Positions 51,581 through 60,471 of a DNA stretch of 64,000 nucleotides are shown here, in pieces. Positions within the stretch are counted from its first letter, which is position 1, and every line of letters begins with the position of its first letter. The position numbers and the translations under genes were made by a program. A model generated the notes under the pieces. The model ran no database searches, was not told where the DNA came from, and worked only from the letters and a program-made list of their open reading frames with translations. The stretch comes from a virus (lineage: Duplodnaviria; Caudoviricetes), in IMG/VR virus record IMGVR_UViG_3300034071_000338, positions 148 to 64,147 of that record; one strand, given 5' to 3'.

Positions 51581-51847
51581 TTAATGTACTACTTTCAAAT
51601 AATCTCCTGTTCTATATAATTGACCTTCTGTTAACCCGGCTAATAAAGCTGCTGCATTATCTGCATACACAGGCACATCAGCAATAACAATAGCCGGAGA
51701 ATTAAAGTTTGCCTCAAATAAAGCTAACAAATCTGCCGGAGTAAAGTTATAGGTTGCATTTGCAGGTGCATTACCAACCCTTGTACCTACAAGTTTATCA
51801 TTTAACTGCGGTACAGCATTAGTAGGATACGAATTAATTTTTCCCAT
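51581..51847 (-). CDS. Small structural/fibre-associated protein
   Basis: N-terminus resembles that of the long fibre; YADNAAA..AGL..G.LYRT motif. Confidence 0.6.
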   Translation of the reverse strand: MGKINSYPTNAVPQLNDKLVGTRVGNAPANATYNFTPADLLALFEANFNSPAIVIADVPVYADNAAALLAGLTEGQLYRTGDYLKVVH

Positions 51848-52079
51848 TTTGCTTTTCTTTTTGAGTCACCTCTCCCGTTTGCATATTAATTACTGAATCA
51901 GCACCATACTTTTCAATAAGAACTTTCTCATTGTTAGTAAAGGCTTCAATAATAGTATGCGCCTGCTTGATTAACCCTTGTTTTTGCAATTCAAGTTCGC
52001 CAAGACCGATTTTAATCTTAGTGTACTCTGCTGAACCTGTCTTAATAAAGTCTAATTCTTCTGCTGTTAAGTTTGCCAT
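51834..52079 (-). CDS. Hypothetical coiled-coil protein
   Basis: L.EKYG...IN..TGE motif; TATATTTG element at 52103-52110. Confidence 0.65.
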   Translation of the reverse strand: MANLTAEELDFIKTGSAEYTKIKIGLGELELQKQGLIKQAHTIIEAFTNNEKVLIEKYGADSVINMQTGEVTQKEKQNGKN

Positions 52080-52124
52080 TTAATTTGATTTTTTAATTTG
52101 TACAAATATAGTAAATAAAAATTA

Positions 52125-52580
52125 TCATTTTCTTCCGAATCTCCATATAAGCCAAAGGGAAATAGGTATAAGCATTAGCCATATATAAAATAGGTAGTTT
52201 GCTTTCTTGTCAACCTTCTTATCAAAGACCTTAGATTTAACATCTTTCTTGACCGAAACCTTATTCTCAACTGACTTAGAGACAATTATCTTGGACGTAT
52301 CCACTACTTGCTTACGTGCCTTTTTTATCTTAATAGTGGCATTGTAATACTTTTTGTCCCCTATAATAATAGGTTTAGCTGTATCAATAGGAACTATCTC
52401 AATTTCTTCAGTCTCCTCATTAATAGAAATAGCGTTCTGCTGAACAGAAACGCTATCTTTCTTTTCGACAGCCGTGCTATCGATATATGTTTGAACCTCT
52501 GTCTTAGTCACCATTACCTTTCTTGAGGCACAAGAGAATAGTAAGGAACTAACCAACAATAATGTAAGATACTTCCTCAT
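52125..52580 (-). CDS. Putative unimolecular spanin
   Basis: Lipoprotein signal ending LLFSC plus a C-terminal transmembrane helix; adjacent to the endolysin. Confidence 0.6.
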   Translation of the reverse strand: MRKYLTLLLVSSLLFSCASRKVMVTKTEVQTYIDSTAVEKKDSVSVQQNAISINEETEEIEIVPIDTAKPIIIGDKKYYNATIKIKKARKQVVDTSKIIVSKSVENKVSVKKDVKSKVFDKKVDKKANYLFYIWLMLIPISLWLIWRFGRK

Positions 52581-52586
52581 ATATTA

Positions 52587-53093
52587 TTAGATTAATACAA
52601 AGCCATTCTTGTCAACTTTGCCTGCTTTATGTAATGATTGTAATTCTGCAATAGACTTGCCAAGTGTTTTTTGAAAGTGAGGAGCGTCTACGAATTTCCA
52701 ATCACCACCCCACTCATAGCCATATCTTTTAAAAATAGCTACAATTTCTTGCCAATCACTCTTGCCATCACCATCAAAGTCAGTCTTCAAGTCCCAACTT
52801 GCAGCCTCAAAAGTACCATTCTTATCTTTGTCTACTAAAAGCACAATGTCAATAGCTAAGCCATAGTTATGGTAAGACTGACCGCCTTTAGCTTTAGTAA
52901 CAATAGCACCCGGCTTTGTTCTTCCTTGAGCAAACAATCCGTCCTGCTCAGCAAATGTTCTAAGCGTATAAGCAAAACGACAAGCTGCTGTGCCTGTTAA
53001 AGCTGCAACAATCTCATCATACATAGTTAACGCTTCATCTCTTAACTTAGGGTGAAGCAATTGGATTCGCTCCAATGTTTTTTGGTCTTTCAT
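52587..53093 (-). CDS. Endolysin, M15 (L-Ala-D-Glu-type) peptidase
   Basis: RT..EQ..L.AQGRT.PG.IVT, SYHNYGLAID and WGGDW...D.PHFQ motifs. Confidence 0.9.
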   Translation of the reverse strand: MKDQKTLERIQLLHPKLRDEALTMYDEIVAALTGTAACRFAYTLRTFAEQDGLFAQGRTKPGAIVTKAKGGQSYHNYGLAIDIVLLVDKDKNGTFEAASWDLKTDFDGDGKSDWQEIVAIFKRYGYEWGGDWKFVDAPHFQKTLGKSIAELQSLHKAGKVDKNGFVLI

Positions 53094-53359
53094 TATTCTT
53101 CTTTTTTAGTTTCGGTTTCTTTAAATCCTTTAATTAATCCTGTTACTGACTCAATGGTAGTAAGCCCTAATGCTACAGCACTAAGAGCAAATGTTGCCCA
53201 CACAAGTGAATCAGCCGGAGCAAACTCCCCGTGTGTTTTTGAGTTGTCATATAAGGTGTAAAAAAGAGCAAACGCTCCTATTATACCTACTAATCTTTTG
53301 CTTGACGTTCCACTTTCTGAGGAAAAAAACCCTCCTAACCAACCAAATATCTTCTTCAT
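53093..53359 (-). CDS. Putative holin
   Basis: Two hydrophobic helices, SSKRL motif, directly upstream of the endolysin. Confidence 0.6.
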   Translation of the reverse strand: MKKIFGWLGGFFSSESGTSSKRLVGIIGAFALFYTLYDNSKTHGEFAPADSLVWATFALSAVALGLTTIESVTGLIKGFKETETKKEE

Positions 53360-53360
53360 A

Positions 53361-53762
53361 TTAATTATTTATTGTAAAAAACTGAAATATTATTATCGAA
53401 ATTAACACCATTTTTTGAATAAAGTCCCATCCATCATCGTGATATTTATATTTAATTGGCATATTTAACCTCTCCTCGTATCTCAAACGATACTCATTTG
53501 CCTTTAATGTCAGTACGTTTTTAGTACTATCACTTGCTATTAAAATAGAATCATTTACTTTAATGCTACTATCAACTAACTTCTTCAAAGAATCTATTCT
53601 ATTCTTATTAATCTCGTATGATTTATTTATTTGCTCTCCTTGCTTTATTGTCATCAAAATAACAGAGTCATTGCCTATCTTCTTAATAATTGGATATTGG
53701 CAATAACTTGAATTTATTATTAGTGTCAGCAATAGCAGAGTCAGAGTTAGCCTTAAATACAT
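53361..53762 (-). CDS. Secreted/membrane protein of the lysis region
   Basis: Signal peptide, coiled coil and C-terminal hydrophobic segment. Confidence 0.55.
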   Translation of the reverse strand: MYLRLTLTLLLLTLIINSSYCQYPIIKKIGNDSVILMTIKQGEQINKSYEINKNRIDSLKKLVDSSIKVNDSILIASDSTKNVLTLKANEYRLRYEERLNMPIKYKYHDDGWDFIQKMVLISIIIFQFFTINN

Positions 53763-54003
53763 TTAATTCTACTTTTAAATTGAATACTTCTTCTTTTAAA
53801 TCAACAATCTTATTGACTGTCTGAGTTACAATAGCACTTTCTTTTTTAGCAGCAGCAGCTTGTGCTTGAGTAGTTAACTTGTTTTGATTGTCTACATTTT
53901 GCATCATCTTTTCAAACTCCATCTCCTTCTTTTGCTCTTCACTTACATTCTGAGTCATAGCTTGGCAAGATGTCAACACAATCATAAATATCAAATACCT
54001 CAT
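53683..54003 (-). CDS. Lipoprotein of the lysis region
   Basis: MRYLIFMIVLTSC lipobox followed by coiled coil. Confidence 0.55.
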   Translation of the reverse strand: MRYLIFMIVLTSCQAMTQNVSEEQKKEMEFEKMMQNVDNQNKLTTQAQAAAAKKESAIVTQTVNKIVDLKEEVFNLKVELNVFKANSDSAIADTNNKFKLLPISNY

Positions 54004-54320
54004 TTTATTTCTTGTATTTTACCTAACTGCACAAGCGTACTTAACTTAGTGCTTGTAACAGCCTTTAATGAATCACTTCTTCTTAAAGCATCACTAACTA
54101 CATCAACTCTGTTTTCTAACTTCTCAATCCTAATGTTTTGAGAAACACCTTGCTCTTTAAATGTCGTCTTGATGTCTATGTACAAATACCCAATAGCCAT
54201 AAGGACAATAAACAAGGTAGCCACAACGGGATTCTTGCTAAACTCTTTAAATGTTACAGGCAACTTTAGGTTGTCTGTAGCAGTGTCTGTTATTTTATCA
54301 CCTATTGATTTTTTTGCCAT
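54000..54320 (-). CDS. Membrane protein of the lysis region
   Basis: One transmembrane helix followed by coiled coil. Confidence 0.55.
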   Translation of the reverse strand: MAKKSIGDKITDTATDNLKLPVTFKEFSKNPVVATLFIVLMAIGYLYIDIKTTFKEQGVSQNIRIEKLENRVDVVSDALRRSDSLKAVTSTKLSTLVQLGKIQEIK

Positions 54321-54331
54321 TGTATTATTAT

Positions 54332-54463
54332 TTATCTTCCCTGACCTCTATATTGTTTTTTATACAACTTACTATTCTTATTTGTACTTGTCTTGCTTTT
54401 AGCAGCAACACCTCTTGTCTTTGACTTCTTTACATAAGAAGTACTGTTTGTAATTTTTGCCAT
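54332..54463 (-). CDS. Small basic protein ending YRGQGR (not in ORF track)
   Basis: 43-aa Lys/Arg-rich ORF filling the gap between neighbouring genes. Confidence 0.5.
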   Translation of the reverse strand: MAKITNSTSYVKKSKTRGVAAKSKTSTNKNSKLYKKQYRGQGR

Positions 54464-54765
54464 TACTTTTTAACTATAAATTCAGTGATAACTTTTAATG
54501 CTCCGAGTCCAACTAATGTAACCAACGCATAGAAGTAAGACTTATACTTTTTAAGTTCTGCCTTAACATCTCCTAACTCTTTCTTTACTTCTTTAAACTC
54601 GCTTATTAAACCATTTGAATCTTTATCTATAGGGTTACCGGCCAAAAGAGTATAGACATCTTTTAACATAGTCTTCATCTCAGCCATATTGCCCTTAATG
54701 GACTCTAATTCTTCTGCCATAATATCAAGTCTATTATTTTCTTGGTTGTTCATCATAACAATCAA
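54463..54765 (-). CDS. Coiled-coil protein with C-terminal transmembrane helix
   Basis: Heptad pattern followed by a hydrophobic tail. Confidence 0.6.
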   Translation of the reverse strand: MIVMMNNQENNRLDIMAEELESIKGNMAEMKTMLKDVYTLLAGNPIDKDSNGLISEFKEVKKELGDVKAELKKYKSYFYALVTLVGLGALKVITEFIVKK

Positions 54766-54766
54766 A

Positions 54767-55258
54767 TTACCAAAGTGCGTTAATAAGAGTTGCTGTTGTA
54801 CCGCTACCGCTTGAGTGAACCTTTACTACCTGAACAGGTAATACGGTTCCAACAGGAACAGCAGTAAATGTAACTATATCTTGACCAATGGTTGTAACTC
54901 TTACGTTACCTGCACCACCTACATACAAGAAACATCCCGGATTTCCATTAGAAGTCTGAGGACTTGCTTGATAGATAGTATATACTTTACCACTTGCAGC
55001 AAAAATATCTGCATTTAATACAATCACAGTTGCGCTTGTTACAGATACAACAGTTGCAGCACTACCATCAGTTGTATTATACACAATATCACCTGTCTTT
55101 ACATTCAAATTAATAAAGTTACCTGTTGTGTTTACCAATTGATTAGCAACAGCACTTGTATTAGTACCTGAGCTAATAAGAGCAGGGTATGGCACGTTTG
55201 CGTTGTCCGTAGGGATAACAGTTAATGCTCTTGAAAATGTTGTTTTAAAAACTGACAT
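54767..55258 (-). CDS. Putative virion structural protein
   Basis: Beta-rich; LYVG.AGNV.V and LPVQV.KV..GTTAT motifs; shares a V..GD.V.N.T.G domain with 33130..34068. Confidence 0.6.
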   Translation of the reverse strand: MSVFKTTFSRALTVIPTDNANVPYPALISSGTNTSAVANQLVNTTGNFINLNVKTGDIVYNTTDGSAATVVSVTSATVIVLNADIFAASGKVYTIYQASPQTSNGNPGCFLYVGGAGNVRVTTIGQDIVTFTAVPVGTVLPVQVVKVHSSGSGTTATLINALW

Positions 55259-55263
55259 ATTTT

Positions 55264-55437
55264 TTATTTTTTATCTTGATAAGGAAATGCTCTGTTTAAT
55301 GCGTCTCTACGTTCCTTGCAACCACAATCTTTGCCTGCTGCTTTCGCTACAGTCTCTACTACCTTCTTAATGCCGGTAACAGTTGTGATTTTCTCAATGG
55401 TATCGCCAAGACCTTTACTTTTTTGTTGCTGTTGCAT
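55264..55437 (-). CDS. Small phage protein, GLGD.IEK.T..TGIK...DCGC motif (not in ORF track)
   Basis: 57-aa ORF translated by hand; fits the gap exactly. Confidence 0.65.
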   Translation of the reverse strand: MQQQQKSKGLGDTIEKITTVTGIKKVVETVAKAAGKDCGCKERRDALNRAFPYQDKK

Positions 55438-55448
55438 TTGATTAGATT

Positions 55449-55784
55449 TTAAATATTTGAAACCCTTCTACCCATACCAACTATTGACTTCTCAGATTTC
55501 TTAGAGGCAAGTTTAGAAGGACTTATTTCCGATTTTGTTTTTGGTGTCTTTGAAGACACTCTCTTTGTTGGCCTGCAATATTCATTGCTACCACCCGCAC
55601 CACAGGCTTTACCACTCTTGGTGTCTTGCCACTTCTCTTTCTCCCATCTTTTCAAACTACTACCTGCCTCAGTCTTCCTCACAACACCCGACCCCTTTCG
55701 ACATTTAGCAATGGCTTGTGAAGCCCTTGCCGATGGAAAGACATCATACGATGCTTTAACTTTTTTATAACAGGCGTCCTTCAT
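55449..55784 (-). CDS. Basic viral protein (DUF5872-like)
   Basis: LKRW.KEKW.D, CG and YCRP.KRVS..TPKT motifs. Confidence 0.6.
   Translation of the reverse strand: MKDACYKKVKASYDVFPSARASQAIAKCRKGSGVVRKTEAGSSLKRWEKEKWQDTKSGKACGAGGSNEYCRPTKRVSSKTPKTKSEISPSKLASKKSEKSIVGMGRRVSNI
55544..55559. repeat. 16-bp palindrome copy 8 (inside basic protein gene)
   Basis: GTGTCTTTGAAGACAC, read as VSSKT on the - strand. Confidence 0.95.
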
Positions 55785-56002
55785 TATTTTTTATTTCCCA
55801 TTTTATCGTATCCCGGCTTACCCTTCTTTGATTGTCTTTCTAAATTAGAAGCATCTTCTTGATACTTCTTAATAAAAACTTTTTTCAAATCACCACTTGT
55901 TCTATCTGCCATATCCATATTAGATAACATTCTTTTAGCATAAATAGATGTGCTATCTTTTATTGGTTGAGGACTTGGTGCTAATGGATAATCTCTATTC
56001 AT
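55784..56002 (-). CDS. Hypothetical basic protein
   Basis: Coupled ORF, Lys-rich C-terminus. Confidence 0.55.
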   Translation of the reverse strand: MNRDYPLAPSPQPIKDSTSIYAKRMLSNMDMADRTSGDLKKVFIKKYQEDASNLERQSKKGKPGYDKMGNKK

Positions 56003-56006
56003 AGTT

Positions 56007-56297
56007 TTAATATTTACCTTTTCTACCTTTAGGATTACTTGTAGTAGACCCTCCCGGACCTGCCCACAAGTTTTTACAAGCCCAATATCTTGGCGTTAAC
56101 TTATCATTTGCTGTGTCGCAACTATGTCTTGCTTTGAAACTCTTACGAGCTGCAGCAGAATAGTTATGACCATAACCTTTTGCTCCAAAGTGGAGGAGTT
56201 TTTCCTCCCCTCCGGAACAGGCTTTAACCATCTTTTTCTTCCCCGGTCTATCCGAGGCAGTAGGACGGTTACATTGCATTTTAGACTTGTCAGCCAT
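56007..56297 (-). CDS. Basic viral protein (ARKSF.ARH.C...RYWAC motif)
   Basis: HFGAKGY, ARKSFKARH.C and YWAC..W motifs. Confidence 0.65.
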   Translation of the reverse strand: MADKSKMQCNRPTASDRPGKKKMVKACSGGEEKLLHFGAKGYGHNYSAAARKSFKARHSCDTANDKLTPRYWACKNLWAGPGGSTTSNPKGRKGKY

Positions 56298-56479
56298 AGT
56301 AATTAGTTTCTGAAATCACGATTTGTGTGACCCGGATACTGAACTACTTTCTTTGGTTCAGGCATTGCATACGCATCTTTAGGAGCAACAGCTTTTTTTA
56401 CTTCAGCTACTACTTCTTCAGATACCTGAACGTCATCTTGGATAACTTCATCAATTAATTTTGACTTTGCCATAACGTT

Positions 56480-56665
56480 TTACTTTGCTTTTTTAAGTAA
56501 TTTTTTAGCTACACCTGCAGATTTTACAGCAATCTTAGCGCCTTTAGAAGGTACACCACCTGCCATTGCTAATGCTTTGCCTTTTAATGCGTTTTTGATT
56601 TGCGGTCCACCGCCTGAAGGAGGCTTCAATCTTGATGATGCCGGTAAATTTGGAGTTGATTTCAT
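56480..56665 (-). CDS. Small Lys/Ala-rich protein
   Basis: First ORF after the - strand promoter element at 56700-56707. Confidence 0.55.
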   Translation of the reverse strand: MKSTPNLPASSRLKPPSGGGPQIKNALKGKALAMAGGVPSKGAKIAVKSAGVAKKLLKKAK

Positions 56666-56686
56666 CTTTTTAGTTTTTAATTTTAA

Positions 56687-56707
56687 TAACTTTGTAATAC
56701 AAATGTA
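56687..56707. promoter_or_regulatory. Overlapping face-to-face promoter elements
   Basis: TAACTTTG on + (56687-56694) and TACATTTG on - (56700-56707). Confidence 0.5.
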
Positions 56708-56722
56708 ATAAAATTTAATTAA

Positions 56723-57184
56723 ATGAAATCACACCCAACTGACTATCTAAAATTTTGGAGGGTCATCAGGTATTATGTTAAGTCAAAGCATAAATTAAGC
56801 CAAGCCGACCTCGACATCCTACTGTTCTTATACTCAGAAAGTTACTTTGGGCAAGAGAAGTTTGATGAGTTTGCCGAACTCGTTAGTTGGGACAAGCAGA
56901 GGTTTAATAAATTACTTAAACAAGGATGGATTGAGCGTTTTAGAATGAGGGCAAGAAACAGGGCACTATACCAACTCAGTGATAAGTGCAAACGCCTTAT
57001 TGTTGATATCTATAGAAAACTAAACGGGGAAGAAATCCCCGTTAGTAATTCGTATAACTCAATGTTTTTAAAGAATGTGTCCTATAACGACAAGGTCTAT
57101 CGCAATATGATTCTTGAAATGAATGCATACAACAAAGCCAACAAGTATAGGTCACCAAAAGGTGAGAACAAAGAAGACGATTAA
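56723..57184 (+). CDS. Winged-helix (MarR-like) DNA-binding protein
   Basis: LSQADLDILLFL...F.KLLKQGWI...LYQLS.K; the only + strand gene inside the late region. Confidence 0.6.
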   Translation: MKSHPTDYLKFWRVIRYYVKSKHKLSQADLDILLFLYSESYFGQEKFDEFAELVSWDKQRFNKLLKQGWIERFRMRARNRALYQLSDKCKRLIVDIYRKLNGEEIPVSNSYNSMFLKNVSYNDKVYRNMILEMNAYNKANKYRSPKGENKEDD

Positions 57185-57438
57185 AGCACCACCACCACGT
57201 CACGCTCTGAGATGATAGTATATTGCAAATCATCTATCAGCATCGTGAAGCTATGCGCCTTGTCATAGTATAACTCATCACCTTCGTCAATGACACTTAC
57301 GTCAGTGCCGGGAGCTACCACCGATGCACGCTTATATCTAAGCTGATTGGTATCCTCCCCTGACAATATCAATCCCGACTCAGTGGTCACTGTCTCTTGT
57401 ATGTCTTTTACAACAATGTATTTTCCAATTGGTTTCAT
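57181..57438 (-). CDS. groES: Co-chaperonin GroES
   Basis: MKPIGKYIVVK, TESGLIL, VVAPG and I.EGD motifs; likely start ATG 57438. Confidence 0.85.
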   Translation of the reverse strand: MKPIGKYIVVKDIQETVTTESGLILSGEDTNQLRYKRASVVAPGTDVSVIDEGDELYYDKAHSFTMLIDDLQYTIISERDVVVVL

Positions 57439-57448
57439 TTGATTTGAT

Positions 57449-57709
57449 TTAAGTATATGTAATTTCAGGATGCTCCCACTTTTCTTTACCACATAAAATA
57501 CATTTAGTCTTGGCTGTTGGATTTGGTTTATTAGATGAAAATGAATGAGTTGAATAAGTAGTACCTGAACTAAATGTTAATGAAGTTCCTGTAGTTGTTA
57601 CTCCTTGACTATTTTGTGGACAATGACTACACATACTTGTTGTTGGAGAATAGACTCTTTTACATTTGGGACATTCCCATCCCTGTGGAATAAAGGTTGT
57701 TTGTACCAT
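57449..57709 (-). CDS. Zn-ribbon protein between groEL and groES
   Basis: GWECPKCKRVYSP....C..C; likely start ATG 57709. Confidence 0.65.
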   Translation of the reverse strand: MVQTTFIPQGWECPKCKRVYSPTTSMCSHCPQNSQGVTTTGTSLTFSSGTTYSTHSFSSNKPNPTAKTKCILCGKEKWEHPEITYT

Positions 57710-57713
57710 AATT

Positions 57714-59330
57714 TTATTGTTGTTGCTCGTATGTACGAGCCATTGTGATAATTGCATTAGTACTTAGGATGGTGACAGCTACGCTGACAGCATTTTGAAG
57801 TGCACTACGTGTAACTTTCAACGGGTCAATAACACCCATCTCAATCAAGTCACCCATCTGACCGGTCTTAAGGTTGTACCCGTGACCAACAGGAGTGCTA
57901 TCCTTGTACACATCGCTTGGTTTTAAACCTGCATTAGCAAGTATTTGTTGAAATGGAGCCATAAGTGCGTTGCGAACAATGTTAACTGCTGCCATATACT
58001 CAACATTACCAACAATATCACCCATATCAGCACACTCATCAAGTAATGCTTTGCCGGCACCCGGTAAAATTCCTTCCTCAAGAGCAGACCTTACTGCACA
58101 CACAGCGTCATCAACCCTGTCATACAACTCTTTTTGCTCCAAGTCAGTTTGACCACCCACAAAAATAACACCTATGCCACCCGTAAGTGATGCAATACGC
58201 TCCAATAAAAAGTCTTTGTCACCTTTCTTAGTCGCTTCTTTATGCGCATCCCATAACTGCTTAACTCTTTCCTCAACCAATGTCAGGTCAGCCTTAGCCT
58301 CACTACGAATAATAATGGTTTTGTCTTTGCTCACTATCACCTTAGCAGCGTGACCCAAATCAGCATAGTTGATATGGCTGATATCGTCACCCGTCTTTTC
58401 ACTAAAGTATGTCGCTCCTACGCTAATGGCAATGTCTTGCATCAACTCGTGTTGCTTGTATCCAAAGTTAGGAGGAGGAACTGCAACTACTTTTAAGTTA
58501 CCCTTAACTGAGTTCGCTGCAAGCGTGTTTACCACGTTTGTATTACACGGAGAGATAATCAATAACTTCTTGCCTTCAGTAATAATTGGCTTCAACACAT
58601 TCTCAATCTGTAAGATATTTGCTATCTCCATATCAGCTACCAAAACCATCACGTCCTCAAACACACACTCGTCTTTCTTTTGGTCATTGATAAACATCGG
58701 GCTTAAATACCCTCTGTCAAATTTCAAACCCTTAGTTGTCTCAGCATATGTCTCTGCCGTTTGGCTTCTTTCCACTGTGACAATACCCGTCTTACCTACG
58801 TCCTTATAAACTTCTGATATGATTCGTCCAATCTCTCTGTCATTGTTTGCACTAATAGCTGCCACATCTAATAGCATACTACTGCTGACCTTCTTAGCCT
58901 TACGCTTTAACTTGTCCACCACCTTGCTTGTTATGTCCACCATATGTCTCAGTACCTCTGTTCTGTTCATATCATCTTTGATATGCTCAAGACCACCAAG
59001 TACTAATCCCTCTGTCAATACAATAGCTGTGGTCGTACCATCACCTGCTGAAGTAGCTGTCTTGTCTGCTGCCTCCTTCATCATCTTAACTGCCAAGTTC
59101 TCACTCGGGTCAATCAAGTCAATTGACTTAGCAACTGTGACACCATCCTTAGTAACTGTAATGCCGTGTGTGTGATGCGGACTTTCAATAAGCACAGTGT
59201 TACCACTTGGTCCGAGTGTTGACTTAACAGCCTTGGACATCTTGACAACGCCACTGATAAGTTTCTTTCTTCCGTCCGAACCGAACTGCAAATCCTTGGG
59301 TGAGTACCCAATACCTGATGTTTCTACCAT
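57714..59330 (-). CDS. groEL: Chaperonin GroEL
   Basis: TLGP.G, VTKDGVTVA, AGDGTTTA, DAVCAVRSALEEGI.PG.G and GVIDP.KV motifs. Confidence 0.95.
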   Translation of the reverse strand: MVETSGIGYSPKDLQFGSDGRKKLISGVVKMSKAVKSTLGPSGNTVLIESPHHTHGITVTKDGVTVAKSIDLIDPSENLAVKMMKEAADKTATSAGDGTTTAIVLTEGLVLGGLEHIKDDMNRTEVLRHMVDITSKVVDKLKRKAKKVSSSMLLDVAAISANNDREIGRIISEVYKDVGKTGIVTVERSQTAETYAETTKGLKFDRGYLSPMFINDQKKDECVFEDVMVLVADMEIANILQIENVLKPIITEGKKLLIISPCNTNVVNTLAANSVKGNLKVVAVPPPNFGYKQHELMQDIAISVGATYFSEKTGDDISHINYADLGHAAKVIVSKDKTIIIRSEAKADLTLVEERVKQLWDAHKEATKKGDKDFLLERIASLTGGIGVIFVGGQTDLEQKELYDRVDDAVCAVRSALEEGILPGAGKALLDECADMGDIVGNVEYMAAVNIVRNALMAPFQQILANAGLKPSDVYKDSTPVGHGYNLKTGQMGDLIEMGVIDPLKVTRSALQNAVSVAVTILSTNAIITMARTYEQQQ

Positions 59331-59356
59331 TTGATTTGATTTTTAATTGTATGGTA

Positions 59357-59364
59357 CAAATATA
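59357..59364 (-). promoter_or_regulatory. Putative -7 promoter element for groEL
   Basis: TATATTTG on the - strand, 26 nt upstream of the start codon. Confidence 0.6.
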
Positions 59365-59456
59365 GTCAATACGTGGTATATTAAGTGGTATTCTGAAAAT
59401 ATATTTATCCCATAAGATAGATTGCACCCGTTAGGGTGAGGAGGATTGTACTATCC

Positions 59457-59774
59457 AATGTCGAAAAATTGCATAGTAATGTCGATTTATGACGATTAAA
59501 TGTCGGATATTAAAAAGTCGACATTGGCTGTAATGCAATGTAGTAAAGGATTTCACTATGCTTTGGCATAGCAAATGTCTAAAATGCAGAAAAACTTTCC
59601 CTACTTCTTCTATATATATTCCCTCCTTTTATTATTTTTTTCCCATATTATTTTCTCTTAAAAATCGACATTTTCGACATTAAAGAAATAAAGTATTAAT
59701 AATCAATAAGTTATAAAAATAAAATCGACATAAAATCGACATAAAAACAGGACGAAAATGTCAATATTGACATT
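59457..59774. repeat. Iteron-like array B (candidate replication origin)
   Basis: Several ATGTCG copies, a pyrimidine/AT-rich tract, then AATCGACAT-TTTCGACAT and AAAATCGACAT x2; same layout as 6141-6297. Confidence 0.65.
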
Positions 59775-59895
59775 AACTATATCATTCTATAAAAACTTTC
59801 AATGAGGATACCTGAATAAATTCAGGTATATGCATAAAAACAAAGAGAGCTCAATATTGAGCCCTCCTAATTTACCGAGTTGATTTACTTTAGGA

Positions 59896-60153
59896 CTAAT
59901 CCATTTCCGGTCCTTCCATCATCTCAGTCTTAATGTTACCTAAGTAAACAGCCTCAGCCATCATCTGAACTTTCTCTGCTTTCTTAACTACCTTCTTTAA
60001 ATCAGCAGCTTGACGAATGCCGGTTATACCATCAGGACGATTGTTAATTAACATACCGTCACTAACATTCAAACCAAAGCCTGCACCCTTCTGTTGGTAG
60101 ATGCTGTTTGATAAGTCTGCCTTGTAAACAGAATTTCCAAATTTTAATTTCAT
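59896..60153 (-). CDS. Hypothetical protein
   Basis: 85-aa ORF with a downstream hairpin near 59845-59866. Confidence 0.6.
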   Translation of the reverse strand: MKLKFGNSVYKADLSNSIYQQKGAGFGLNVSDGMLINNRPDGITGIRQAADLKKVVKKAEKVQMMAEAVYLGNIKTEMMEGPEMD

Positions 60154-60455
60154 AATAATTGTTTTTGAAGTGTGAAATATTTCAAGGTAAAGATAAGATT
60201 TTTTTTAGATGGTATTAGTGTTTGGGCTATAGGGGGTTTTTGGCGATAGGACCCCCCAACGGAAATGACTTTTTTTTGACGGGTACGGGTACACGTTTTA
60301 AACTTTCCTTGCTAATTTTTTAGCTTTTTGGTAGCGCCATCGATGGAAACGAGCGCCTTGTTGCGCTCCGCTCCGCTCCCGTCCTCCGTATTGCGTCCAA
60401 CGAAGCGCCTGAGACTCACGTATTCGCTCCGCTCCCGTCCTTTGCTCCGTACTTT

Positions 60456-60471
60456 GTGTCTTTGAAGACAC
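60456..60471. repeat. 16-bp palindrome copy 9
   Basis: GTGTCTTTGAAGACAC in the divergent intergenic region. Confidence 0.95.

Noticed and set aside
14797-59427. Many short antisense or out-of-frame ORFs inside long genes
   Set aside because: Shadow ORFs of the true coding strand, with no motifs or initiation signals
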